Source of the DNA: an uncultured Pelagibacteraceae bacterium
Lineage (GTDB): Bacteria; Pseudomonadota; Alphaproteobacteria; Pelagibacterales; Pelagibacteraceae
NCBI GenBank assembly: GCA_902546795.1
Contig: CACCLK010000002.1
Coordinates: forward strand, 2,061-66,060
Reading direction: 5' to 3'
Length of the DNA: 64,000 nt
Shown here: positions 53,034-62,919 of the stretch, in pieces
How the letters are laid out: each line of letters begins with the position of its first letter
Numbering within the stretch: the first letter of the stretch is position 1
Program-made: the position numbers and the translations under genes
The notes under the pieces: model-generated
The model's database searches: none
What the model saw: only the letters and a program-made list of their open reading frames with translations
What the model was told of the DNA's origin: nothing

Positions 53034-53930
53034 ATGCGTGAAAGTTACATTATAGATAAAAACTATAATAACTCTCGTTTCGATAAATGGTTTAAAACTA
53101 CAATTCTTAATATTCCTCAATCTTTAATAGAAAAAATTCTAAGAAAAAAAAAAATCAAAGTTAATAAAAAAAAAGTTAAAACCTCTTATAGGCTGCAAAC
53201 GGGTGATGTTGTTGATATATTTAATATAGAAGGTTTAAAACCAAAAAATATCAAAATAACAAGTAAATATAAATCTACTAAAAAAGAGAGAAAAATTTAC
53301 GATGATTTTGTGATAGAAAACAACGAGAATTTTTTGGTTGTTAATAAGCCAAGTGGTATAGCAGTTCAGTCAGGTACAAAAACTCATAAAAATATAATCG
53401 ACATTCTTTCTACGTCCAAATATTTTGAAGGAAAAAAACCATACATTGTGCATAGACTTGATAAAGAAACCTCTGGAGTTTTTATTATTGCTAAAAACAG
53501 GGAGTATGCTCAACTTTTCACCACATTATTTAGGATTAGAAAAATTCATAAAACCTACCATGCTGTTGCACATGGTGCTTTAAATAGTAAAATAAAAAAA
53601 TTAGAAGATAATCTTGTCTATTATGATAACCAAAAAAAAATAATTCAAAAAGCGATTACCAATCTTAAAATAATAAAAAAAAATACTGATTTTTCATTTC
53701 TTGAATTAAATCCTATTACAGGAAGAAAACATCAAATAAGGAAACAATTATATGCTATTAATCATCCAATAGTATTTGATCAAAAATATTATTTAGAAAG
53801 GAACAAAAAAGAAAAAAATAACCTTTTACTTCATGCTTATAAAATTAAATTTATGATAAATGACATAAAATATAATTTTAAAGCAAATTATAGTAAAAAC
53901 TTTTCACAATTTTTAAGAAATAATTTTTAA
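53034..53930 (+). CDS. RluA/RluC-family rRNA pseudouridine synthase with S4 domain
   Basis: VNKPSG, VHRLDKETSG (catalytic Asp), TGRKHQIR, LHA. Confidence 0.92.
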   Translation: MRESYIIDKNYNNSRFDKWFKTTILNIPQSLIEKILRKKKIKVNKKKVKTSYRLQTGDVVDIFNIEGLKPKNIKITSKYKSTKKERKIYDDFVIENNENFLVVNKPSGIAVQSGTKTHKNIIDILSTSKYFEGKKPYIVHRLDKETSGVFIIAKNREYAQLFTTLFRIRKIHKTYHAVAHGALNSKIKKLEDNLVYYDNQKKIIQKAITNLKIIKKNTDFSFLELNPITGRKHQIRKQLYAINHPIVFDQKYYLERNKKEKNNLLLHAYKIKFMINDIKYNFKANYSKNFSQFLRNNF

Positions 53931-54535
53931 TAATAACTAAAATCTTTTTTAAAAATCTTTATTAATTCTTTTTCAAAGTTTTTAGGAACAAATCCTATTT
54001 CTTTCTCTACTGTTGTGATATTTTTACTGTCGAGACCACAAGGATTAATTTTAGCATAAAGTTTTAAATTGTTATTAAGGTTTATAGAACACCCATGAAA
54101 AGCTATCCATCTGCTTACTCTAATACCAATAGCAGCAATTTTTTTTCCTTTTACCCAAACACCAATATTTTCTTTATCATTATTTCCTTTAATTCTATAT
54201 TTGTTAAGTAATTTGATTATACAATTTTCAATCTTATTAACGAATTTTCTGATATCCTTTTTTTTGCTAATATTTATAGCGAAATAAACAATTTTTTGAC
54301 CAGGACTATGTAACGTTATTTTTCCTCCTCGATTAGTTTTGATAATCTTTATTTTTTTATCTAAAATATCCTCCTTTTCACCTCTTACTCCTGACGTGTA
54401 GGATATCGGGTGCTCTAAAATCCAAATCAAGCTTCTTCCTTTTCCTTTCTTTAAAGAATCAACTCTTTTTTGAAGAAATTTAGAAGCTAAAGTGTAAGGA
54501 ATTAGCCGTTTGCTTATCTTAATTTCTATGCTCAT
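53927..54535 (-). CDS. lipB: Octanoyltransferase LipB
   Basis: LEHP..YT.G, RGGKITLH.PGQ, KIAAIG, HG.SIN, INPCG. Confidence 0.95.
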   Translation of the reverse strand: MSIEIKISKRLIPYTLASKFLQKRVDSLKKGKGRSLIWILEHPISYTSGVRGEKEDILDKKIKIIKTNRGGKITLHSPGQKIVYFAINISKKKDIRKFVNKIENCIIKLLNKYRIKGNNDKENIGVWVKGKKIAAIGIRVSRWIAFHGCSINLNNNLKLYAKINPCGLDSKNITTVEKEIGFVPKNFEKELIKIFKKDFSYY

Positions 54536-54594
54536 TTAAATTGAATTTTATCATTTTATCAATTAATAGTCTCACAAAACAAATAGAGGTTTTT

Positions 54595-55974
54595 ATGACT
54601 TTTGTAAAATCTATAGGCAGTAAAAAAGTAAACTTTGATTTCAATAAAGAGTTTATTAACATATTTAGTGAAAAAATTAAGTTATCAGATATTAAATTTG
54701 TTAATCAAACTTTAAAAGATTTACACCCATCCGACGTTGCTGATTTAATTGAAAATTTATCTGCTGAAACAAGATCAAAGCTTATTGAAATTGAAGAGTT
54801 TAATATCGAACCTGATATTTTTGTAGAATTAAATGAATCTATTCAAACTGAAGTTTTACAACTTCTATCAATAGACTCGATATCAAAAATTATAAAAAGA
54901 CTAGAATCTGATAACGCTATTTCAATACTTGAGAATTTGGAAACGAATAAAAAAGAGTCAGTTTTAAATAAACTTCCGCCCAAAGATAGGTTTTTATTAG
55001 AAGAGGGTCTAAGTTATCCAGAGGACTCAGCTGCAAGAATCATGCAACGTGAATTTACTGCTGTTCCAGTTGATTGGTCAGTAGGTCAAACTATAGATTA
55101 TTTGAGAGAGAGCAAAGAACTACCTGAAGAATTTTTAGATATTTTTATAGTAGATAATGAATTTAAACCAGTAGGAACTGTGCCATCTTCAAGAGTTTTA
55201 AGGACGCCTCGAGAAAAAAAAATGAATTCAATAATGAGAGAAATGCCAGTTTTAATCTCTGTTAATATGGATAAAGAAGAAGTAGGTCATACTTTCGAAA
55301 CATATAATTTAGTTTCTGCTGGCGTAATTAACAAAAACAACAAATTAGTTGGAATGATTACAGCCGATGACGTTGTTACAGTAGTTCAAGAAGAAGCAGA
55401 AGAAGATGTTCTAAGATTAGCAGGTGTTGGCGATGAGGAAATCACTGACAGCGTTATCGTTAAAACAAAAAGAAGATTTAATTGGTTATTATTAAATTTA
55501 TTCACTGCATTATTAGCCACTTGGGTAATTAGTTTATTCGGTGCTTCTATTGAACAAATGGTAGCATTAGCATTTCTTATGCCTATCGTAGCTTCTATGG
55601 GTGGTAATGCTGGCATGCAAACTTTAGCAGTTACTATTAGAGCTATAGCAACCAAAGAATTATCATCAGGAAATTTTAATAGAGTTGTCGGTAAAGAATT
55701 TTTAATAGGTATTCTTAATGGAATTATCTTTGCGATAATAACCTCAATAATTGTTCAGTTTTGGTTTAAAGATTTCTATTTATCAATTTTAATTGGCGTT
55801 TCAATGATACTAAACATGATAGTTGCAGGTCTTTTTGGTATCTTAGTTCCAGTTTCTTTAAAAAAACTAAATATTGATCCAGCACTTGCATCAAGTGTTT
55901 TTGTTACAACTATAACTGATGTAATTGGGTTTTTATCTTTTTTAGGAATAGGTTCATATTTTTTTTTAAACTAA
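54595..55974 (+). CDS. mgtE: Magnesium transporter MgtE
   Basis: HPSDVAD, YPEDSA.RIM, CBS pair, MGGNAG.Q, DPALAS..VTT.TD; GAGGT SD before ATG 54595. Confidence 0.95.
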   Translation: MTFVKSIGSKKVNFDFNKEFINIFSEKIKLSDIKFVNQTLKDLHPSDVADLIENLSAETRSKLIEIEEFNIEPDIFVELNESIQTEVLQLLSIDSISKIIKRLESDNAISILENLETNKKESVLNKLPPKDRFLLEEGLSYPEDSAARIMQREFTAVPVDWSVGQTIDYLRESKELPEEFLDIFIVDNEFKPVGTVPSSRVLRTPREKKMNSIMREMPVLISVNMDKEEVGHTFETYNLVSAGVINKNNKLVGMITADDVVTVVQEEAEEDVLRLAGVGDEEITDSVIVKTKRRFNWLLLNLFTALLATWVISLFGASIEQMVALAFLMPIVASMGGNAGMQTLAVTIRAIATKELSSGNFNRVVGKEFLIGILNGIIFAIITSIIVQFWFKDFYLSILIGVSMILNMIVAGLFGILVPVSLKKLNIDPALASSVFVTTITDVIGFLSFLGIGSYFFLN

Positions 55975-56774
55975 AAATTATCAATTAATCTAATTTTATT
56001 AACAGAAAAAGCAATAAAGATATTGCAGTTTTTTTTTACTTTATTTTCATATTTCAATTTTTTGATATCCATGATTTTGATATAGTCAATTTTTGTTACA
56101 CCAAAATTTAATAATCTATTTGTAATTGAATTTATATCTTTTAAGACTATCTTTTTTTTTCTATTTTTTAAGAAATTAATAGTTTTAATTGCAATTTTTT
56201 TTTCATTTGTTTTTAATAGTTTGTTTCTAGAAGAGATTGCTAAACCATTTTTTTCTCTTATTGTTTTACAACTTATCACCTTAGTTTTTAATCTTCTTTT
56301 TTTAATATGCTCACTAATTAAGACAAGTTGTTGAAAATCTTTTACACCCAAATAAATATATTTAGGTTTAATAATTTCTAAAAATCTACTTACTACTTCC
56401 AAAACTCCCTTAAAATGACCAGTTCTAAATTTACCACATAATTTATTACTAAAATTACTCAAAAAAACTTTATTTTGACACTTGAATGAAAATATATCTT
56501 TGAATTTTGGTATAAATAAATAATCAATTTTCTCTTTTTTTAATATTTGAATATCTTTTCTAAGATTTTTTGGGTATCTTTTGAAATCTTGTTTTCGCTC
56601 AAATTGTTTTGGATTTATAAAAACACTTACTAACGTTTTAAACCTTTTTTTTTTCGCTTTTTTAATTAAACTTAAATGGCCTTTGTGAAGCGCGCCCATT
56701 GTGGGTATAAAGGATAAATTTTGATCCCCGTTCAGTTTTTTTATTAATGTTTTTTTGTTTTTAAATATTTTCAT
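55971..56774 (-). CDS. panC: Pantoate--beta-alanine ligase
   Basis: PTMGALHKGH, SVFINPKQF, G.KDFQQ, GLAISSRN, RLIDN. Confidence 0.95.
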   Translation of the reverse strand: MKIFKNKKTLIKKLNGDQNLSFIPTMGALHKGHLSLIKKAKKKRFKTLVSVFINPKQFERKQDFKRYPKNLRKDIQILKKEKIDYLFIPKFKDIFSFKCQNKVFLSNFSNKLCGKFRTGHFKGVLEVVSRFLEIIKPKYIYLGVKDFQQLVLISEHIKKRRLKTKVISCKTIREKNGLAISSRNKLLKTNEKKIAIKTINFLKNRKKKIVLKDINSITNRLLNFGVTKIDYIKIMDIKKLKYENKVKKNCNIFIAFSVNKIRLIDNF

Positions 56775-56813
56775 TTATAATTAATTGTGTGATATTTATA
56801 TGAAAAGAATCAT

Positions 56814-57632
56814 ATGATAAAACAGGCAATAATTCCACTAGCTGGTTTAGGCACAAGATTACTACCTTTAACCAATGTGATACCAAAGGAATTGATGCCA
56901 ATAAATGGGAAACCTAATCTCGAGTATATTATCGAGGAATGTATTTCTGTAGGGATTAAAGAGTTTATATTTATAATTTCAAAAAAAAAAATTAATATTA
57001 AGAATTATTTCACAAATGATAATTTGTTTAAAAAATATTTAAAAAAAAAGAAAGATAGTAGAATTTTATCAGAATTTAAGAAAATTAAAAAATATAAAAA
57101 AATGATAAAATTTGTATATCAAGATAAACCAAAAGGCACAGGAGATGCAGTTTTAAAATGTGAAAGACTTATAAAAGACAAATATTTTTTAATGTTATTA
57201 CCGGATGACTTAATAATAAAAGAAAATTGCTCTAAGGAAATGATTAAATTATTTAAACTCAAAAAATCATCTATTATAGCTTCAAAGAGAGTTCCTAGAA
57301 GCACCGTTTCAAGATGGGGTATTCTATCAATAAAAAATAAGAAAAAAAACCACTTTCAAATTAAGGATGTAATTGAAAAACCAAAAATTAAAAATAGCCC
57401 TTCAAATTTTGCCATAATTGGTAGATATATTTTATCAAAGAAAATTTTTAAAGAGATTAAAAAAATTAAACCTGGTCAAGGTGGTGAGATACACATAACA
57501 GACGCAATTAAAAGTATGATCTATAGTGGTGAAAAATTTTATGGAAATATATTTAAAGGCATGTACTTAGATTGTGGTACATTTAAAGGATATACAGAGT
57601 CTTGTAGGCTAATAGGGAAATATATTAAATGA
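56814..57632 (+). CDS. galU: UTP--glucose-1-phosphate uridylyltransferase-like nucleotidyltransferase
   Basis: AGLGTRLLP.T...PKE, Q..P.GTGDAV, LPDD, EKP, GEI.ITDA. Confidence 0.85.
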   Translation: MIKQAIIPLAGLGTRLLPLTNVIPKELMPINGKPNLEYIIEECISVGIKEFIFIISKKKINIKNYFTNDNLFKKYLKKKKDSRILSEFKKIKKYKKMIKFVYQDKPKGTGDAVLKCERLIKDKYFLMLLPDDLIIKENCSKEMIKLFKLKKSSIIASKRVPRSTVSRWGILSIKNKKKNHFQIKDVIEKPKIKNSPSNFAIIGRYILSKKIFKEIKKIKPGQGGEIHITDAIKSMIYSGEKFYGNIFKGMYLDCGTFKGYTESCRLIGKYIK

Positions 57633-58933
57633 AGCTTTGCATGATAGGCACTGGTTATGTCGGTCTTGTGAGCGGAACTTGTTTCGCTGATTTTGGAAAT
57701 ACTGTTTATTGCGTTGATAGAGATACTTATAAAATTAAAAAACTTAATTCTGGTGGGTCGGTAATATTTGAGCCTGGGTTAGATGAAATAATAAAAAAAA
57801 ATTTTAAAGCAAAAAGACTTTTATTTACAACAAACTTAAAAAAGGCCGTTCAAAAATCTGACATAATATTTATTTGTGTTGGAACACCAAATAAGAAAAA
57901 ATCTGATCAGGTTGATTTAAAATATGTTTTCTCTGCTGTTAAGGAAATTATTAAAGCTTCAAAATCAAAAAAAATCTTGATAACAAAATCAACTGTTCCT
58001 GTTGGTACAGGAGATAAAATTGAAAAAATCATAAAAAAATTTAGAAAAAAAAATATAGAAGTTATTTCAAATCCGGAATTTCTAAGAGAGGGAGAGGCCA
58101 TTAGAGACTTTAGATTTCCTGATAGAATTGTAGTTGGATCAAATAATTCAAAATATTTCAAAGTATTAAAAAAACTTTACCAACCACTAATAAACAAAGG
58201 GGCTAAATTTTTCACAACCTCGCGAAGAAGTGCTGAACTTATTAAATATGCCTCTAACGCTTTTCTAGCCACAAAGATTACATTTATAAATGAATTAGCT
58301 AACCTTTGCGAAAAATCTAACATCAATATTGAAGATATATCTTTGGGAATGGGTAGCGACAGTAGAATAGGTAGTAGATTTTTGAGAGCCGGCCCTGCTT
58401 ATGGTGGTTCGTGTTTTCCAAAAGATACAAAAGGACTTGCATTTACAGGAAAAAATTTTGGAGTAAATCTCTCTATAGTCAAATCTGTAATCAGATCAAA
58501 TAACGATAGAAAAATGCTCCACACTCAAAATATAAAAAAAATTTTAAGAACGATCAAAAACAAAAAAATAGCATTTTTAGGCGTTACGTTTAAACCCAAC
58601 ACAGATGACATGAGGGACTCAGTTAGCTTAAATATGATACCATATTTAGCCAGAAGGGGTGCTAAAGTTACTTACTATGATCCAACCGGATCGAAAGAAA
58701 ATTTTGCAAAAATCAAAAACTGTGAATTTGTAGATAGTATAAATGATAATTGTATGAATGCTGATCTTGTTATTTTACACACAGAATGGGATGAGTTCAA
58801 ATCACTTGAATTTAAAAAGATAATTAAAAAAAAGAAATTTTCAATTTATGATTTGAGAAATTTATATAATTTGGAAGAAATGAAAAGAAAAAATATTCGC
58901 TATTTTTCAGTTGGCAGACCTAACCATTTCTAG
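57629..58933 (+). CDS. ugd: UDP-glucose 6-dehydrogenase
   Basis: GTGYVGL, SNPEFLREG, GGSCFPKD, FKPNTDDMR. Confidence 0.94.
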   Translation: MKLCMIGTGYVGLVSGTCFADFGNTVYCVDRDTYKIKKLNSGGSVIFEPGLDEIIKKNFKAKRLLFTTNLKKAVQKSDIIFICVGTPNKKKSDQVDLKYVFSAVKEIIKASKSKKILITKSTVPVGTGDKIEKIIKKFRKKNIEVISNPEFLREGEAIRDFRFPDRIVVGSNNSKYFKVLKKLYQPLINKGAKFFTTSRRSAELIKYASNAFLATKITFINELANLCEKSNINIEDISLGMGSDSRIGSRFLRAGPAYGGSCFPKDTKGLAFTGKNFGVNLSIVKSVIRSNNDRKMLHTQNIKKILRTIKNKKIAFLGVTFKPNTDDMRDSVSLNMIPYLARRGAKVTYYDPTGSKENFAKIKNCEFVDSINDNCMNADLVILHTEWDEFKSLEFKKIIKKKKFSIYDLRNLYNLEEMKRKNIRYFSVGRPNHF

Positions 58934-59394
58934 TTAATTTCAAAAATTGCATCAATTTCAACTGCAGATCCCAAAGGTAGAGAATTTGCACTAATAGCTG
59001 CTCTAGTGTGCATCTCATTTTTGCCAAATAAATTAGAAATTAATTTTGAAGCTTTATTAATTACTTTAGGCTGATCAGTAAAATTATCCGAAGAATTGAT
59101 ATATCCTGTTAGTTTAATACATTTATTAACTTTATCAATATCACCTTTGCATGCCTTTTTTACTTGAGCGATTATGTTTAATGCACAAAGATATGCAGCT
59201 TCTTGACCTTGCTCTAAATTGAGTTCTTTTCCTATCTTACCAGTCGTCATTTTTCCATCTGCATCAATGGATAATTGACCAGAAATAAATAGAAGATTAT
59301 TTGAAAAAATATAAGCGGAGTAAGATCCTACAGGATCAGGAGGGTTTGGTATTTTTAATTTCAAATCACTAATTTTTTGACTTGGTTTTTTCAT
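58930..59394 (-). CDS. RidA/YjgF family protein
   Basis: LFISGQL, QP.VIN.AS, HTRAA....LP...AVEI. Confidence 0.9.
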   Translation of the reverse strand: MKKPSQKISDLKLKIPNPPDPVGSYSAYIFSNNLLFISGQLSIDADGKMTTGKIGKELNLEQGQEAAYLCALNIIAQVKKACKGDIDKVNKCIKLTGYINSSDNFTDQPKVINKASKLISNLFGKNEMHTRAAISANSLPLGSAVEIDAIFEIN

Positions 59395-59710
59395 TAATTT
59401 CTCGGTTTTTTTCTAGAGCCTTTTTAATATATTTATTTTCAGAAATTTTATTTTTTGTATCTTTAAATGACTTAAAAATCTTTTTTTCAGTTTCGGTAGT
59501 TTTATTACTTATTTTTTTATGAGTCTCTTTAAATTTTTTATCAATTGGACTAATTTTTTGTTTTGCACCTTGTCCTATTGATTTAGCTTTTAATTTAGCA
59601 AGGCAGCTTAATTTTTCGGCTTTATTCTCAAGACTCTTACAATTGTCCTCCACTGCGCTAGTCTGAAAAATTAAATTAAAAAATATAATTATTAAAAATA
59701 AAATCTTCAT
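59369..59710 (-). CDS. Hypothetical secreted lysine-rich protein
   Basis: Signal-peptide-like N-terminus, two Cys, fills the topA-ridA gap with overlaps at both ends. Confidence 0.65.
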   Translation of the reverse strand: MKILFLIIIFFNLIFQTSAVEDNCKSLENKAEKLSCLAKLKAKSIGQGAKQKISPIDKKFKETHKKISNKTTETEKKIFKSFKDTKNKISENKYIKKALEKNREINEKTKSKN

Positions 59711-62268
59711 CTTTTTTTCTTTTTTTTATTTTTATCATACTCTTTTCTTTTTTCTATTAAAATTAGAGCTTCCTCCATTGATAATTCATTTGGATCTTTA
59801 TCTTCAGGTATTGTTGCATTTACTGATTTATATTTTATGTAGGGTCCATATTGACCCTTCATTACTCTGACTGGTTTTTTATCCTCTGGATGATTACCAA
59901 GATTTTTGATCTCGGAAGATGAAATTCTTCCAGGTTTAGCTTCGGTAATAAGAGTTATTGCCCTATTTAATCCAATTGTAAATAAATCTTCCACGCTTTC
60001 TAATCTTGCAGACTTGTTTGAGCACTTCAAATATGGACCAAATCTTCCAATGTTAACAGTTATATCCTCGTTTAAGTCAGGGTGTTTACCCAAAATTTTA
60101 GGCAATGAGCATAAGTATTTAGCTTTATCGATATCAACATCTTCGATGTTTAGTCCTTTAGGTATAGAGACATTTTTAAAATTCTCGTTTTCTTTTTTCT
60201 TTTTTGACTTTCTTTTTGTTTTTACTTCTTGTGCCTGAGGTTCTTGTTCAAATTGTAAATAGGGACCAAATCTCCCGTTTTTTAAAAAGATATCTTTACC
60301 ATTTATATTTTGACCTATTAACTTTGGTTCAGACAAGTTTAACATCTGAGATGCTTTAGCTTTTGATAATGGTCTGGTAAATTTACAGTCAGGGTAATTT
60401 GAACAGCCAATAAAAGCTCCTCCTCTGAAACTATTTTTTAAACTTAAAGTCCCATTTTTGCAGGCTTTACATACTCTATCAATATTATCATTTTTATCTT
60501 TATCAAAAACAAGATCACCAAGACTTTCATTTAACATATCAAGAACTTCACGAGTTCTAATTTCTTTGACAGTACCTACATTAGAGTAGAAATCTTTCCA
60601 AAAATTCTCTAAAACTTTTTTATAGTCAGTTTTACCACTAGTAATGTCATCTAGTTGATCTTCTAAGTCGGCAGTAAAGTTATAGTCCACATACTTTGCA
60701 AAAAGCTTTTCTAAAAAAGCTGATAAAAGTTTCCCTCTATCAGTAGGATAAAACCTTTTGTTCAAAAGCTCTACGTAGTTTCTCGTCGACAAAACTGATA
60801 TTATGCTTGCATAAGTAGAAGGTCTTCCTATCCCTAGTTCTTCAAGCTTTTTAACCAAGCTTGCTTCCGAATATCTTGGCGGAGGATTAGTAAAATGTTG
60901 TTCGTCAATTATTTCTTCAATATTTACTTCATCACCAATTTTAACTACTGGTAAAATATTTTTTGTATCATCATCATCAGAAGCTGAGTATATTTTGAGA
61001 AATCCATCAAATTTCATTACCGAACCGTTTGCATTTAAAGCAATCGTCTCATCATTCGATGTAATAACAATAGAACTTCTATCAAATTCAGCTGGTTTCA
61101 TTTGTGAAGAAAGCGCACGAGACCAAATTAAATCATATAATTTAAATTGATCTGTACTAAGATATTTTTTTAAATCATTTGGTTTTTTTTGAATATCTGT
61201 TGGACGTATTGCTTCATGTGCCTCTTGAGCATTTTTAGCTTTTTTTCCAGTGTATGTATTAGCGTTATCAGGCAAATATTTTTTTCCACAATCATTTTCT
61301 ATAAATTTTCTAAAATCTAAAATAGCTTCTTTAGAAATATTAGTTCCATCTGTTCGCATGTATGTAATTAGTCCAACTGTTTCTCCCTCGATATCTATTC
61401 CTTGATAAAGTCTTTGAGCAATTTGCATTGTCCTAGAAGCTCCAAAACCATATCTTCCTGATGCAGTCTGTTGTAACGTTGAAGTAGTAAAGGGAGCTAA
61501 AGGATTTCTTTTAAAGATTTTATTTGTAACATCTTTAATTTTATATTTTTTACTTTTTAATATTTCTGAAGCTTTATTTATAGCCTCTTTATTTTTAAAA
61601 GTGAATCTTTCAACTTTGTTCCCCTCGTAAATATTTATTTTTGAGTTAATCGAACTGGATTTGGGATCTTTAAAATTTATATTAAGGCTCCAGTATTCTT
61701 CTGGCTTGAAAGATTCAATTTCATGCTCTCGCTCAGTTATTAATTTTAAAGCTACTGATTGAACTCGACCAGCAGATTTTGAACCAGGCAGCTTCGTCCA
61801 TAAAATAGGTGAGATATTAAATCCAACTAGGTAGTCCAAAGCTCTTCTTGCTAAATAAGCATTAACTAATGTGTCTTCTATTTGTCTTGGGTTATTAATA
61901 CCATTTATAACTGCATTTTTCGTTATTTCATTAAAGACCACTCTTTCTAATTTTCTTCCCTTCAGTAATTTTTTATCTTCCAGAACTTTTTTAACATGCC
62001 ATGCAATTGCTTCGCCCTCTCGATCCGGATCAGTTGCTAAAATAATTTTATTACTCTCTTTCGCAGCATCAGTAATTTCTTTCAAATATTTTTTTGAGAA
62101 AGCGTCTAATTCCCATTGCATTTCAAAATTTTTTTCAGGATCAACGGACCCATTTTTTGAAGGCAGGTCTCTTATGTGGCCATAACTTGCTAATACTATA
62201 TAATCTTTACCTAAATACTTATTGATAGTTTTTGCTTTTGCCGGACTTTCAACTACTACGAGGTTCAT
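59707..62268 (-). CDS. topA: DNA topoisomerase I
   Basis: VESPAKAKTI, ATDPDREGEAI, SAGRVQS, ITYMRTD, Zn ribbon, GRFGPY C-terminal repeats. Confidence 0.98.
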   Translation of the reverse strand: MNLVVVESPAKAKTINKYLGKDYIVLASYGHIRDLPSKNGSVDPEKNFEMQWELDAFSKKYLKEITDAAKESNKIILATDPDREGEAIAWHVKKVLEDKKLLKGRKLERVVFNEITKNAVINGINNPRQIEDTLVNAYLARRALDYLVGFNISPILWTKLPGSKSAGRVQSVALKLITEREHEIESFKPEEYWSLNINFKDPKSSSINSKINIYEGNKVERFTFKNKEAINKASEILKSKKYKIKDVTNKIFKRNPLAPFTTSTLQQTASGRYGFGASRTMQIAQRLYQGIDIEGETVGLITYMRTDGTNISKEAILDFRKFIENDCGKKYLPDNANTYTGKKAKNAQEAHEAIRPTDIQKKPNDLKKYLSTDQFKLYDLIWSRALSSQMKPAEFDRSSIVITSNDETIALNANGSVMKFDGFLKIYSASDDDDTKNILPVVKIGDEVNIEEIIDEQHFTNPPPRYSEASLVKKLEELGIGRPSTYASIISVLSTRNYVELLNKRFYPTDRGKLLSAFLEKLFAKYVDYNFTADLEDQLDDITSGKTDYKKVLENFWKDFYSNVGTVKEIRTREVLDMLNESLGDLVFDKDKNDNIDRVCKACKNGTLSLKNSFRGGAFIGCSNYPDCKFTRPLSKAKASQMLNLSEPKLIGQNINGKDIFLKNGRFGPYLQFEQEPQAQEVKTKRKSKKKKENENFKNVSIPKGLNIEDVDIDKAKYLCSLPKILGKHPDLNEDITVNIGRFGPYLKCSNKSARLESVEDLFTIGLNRAITLITEAKPGRISSSEIKNLGNHPEDKKPVRVMKGQYGPYIKYKSVNATIPEDKDPNELSMEEALILIEKRKEYDKNKKKKKR

Positions 62269-62340
62269 GATGTCTATCTTTATTTGAACTAACTGAGTTT
62301 TGTCAAATATATTTAATTTAATGTATTAAAATCGTTGAAT

Positions 62341-62919
62341 TTAAAGATTTATTTTATTTTCAGTACCGGCTTTCAAGCGCTGAATATTGCTTTTGTGACT
62401 ATACAAAATTAGAAGAAAAAATAAAATTAAGATGAATGATTGATACATCCCATTAAAAATAAAGTTTACTATTAGTACTATAAACGTAGACACCAAGGAT
62501 GCGAGTGAAGGATACTTTGAAATTAAAATAATAATTATCCAAGTTAAAATAAATACAATTGCTAGTATAAAATTTATGGCAAATAATATACCTAAATATG
62601 TAGCAACACCTTTCCCTCCTTTGAATTTTAACCAAATAGGAAATAAGTGTCCCATAAAAGTTAAAGATGCTGACAAAATAAGGTAATCTTGAAAATTATT
62701 TAAGGTAATTAAAATTGCAAAGTACCCTTTAGCACCATCTAACAGTAAAGTTAACAGACCCAAAAATTTCCCTCCTGATCTTAAAACGTTAGATGCACCA
62801 ATATTCCCAGACCCCGATTTTCTTATATCTTTCTTAATAAATATTTTAGTTAAAATAAATCCAAAAGGGATTGAACCTAGCAAGTAAGCATATGATATGA
62901 CAATGAAAGTTTCCATCAA
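62341..62919 (-). CDS. plsY: Glycerol-3-phosphate acyltransferase PlsY
   Basis: YLLGSIPFG, GSGNIGASN..R, GH.FP.W..FKGGKGVAT, H..NI.RL. Confidence 0.96.
   Translation of the reverse strand: MMETFIVISYAYLLGSIPFGFILTKIFIKKDIRKSGSGNIGASNVLRSGGKFLGLLTLLLDGAKGYFAILITLNNFQDYLILSASLTFMGHLFPIWLKFKGGKGVATYLGILFAINFILAIVFILTWIIIILISKYPSLASLVSTFIVLIVNFIFNGMYQSFILILFFLLILYSHKSNIQRLKAGTENKINL

Noticed and set aside
37468-54594. Longer ORF-track starts for rpsG, fusA, rplV, rpsH, rplO and mgtE (also cimA, rlmB, rpoB)
   Set aside because: They use upstream alternative codons, mostly overlapping the previous gene; downstream ATGs match family N-termini
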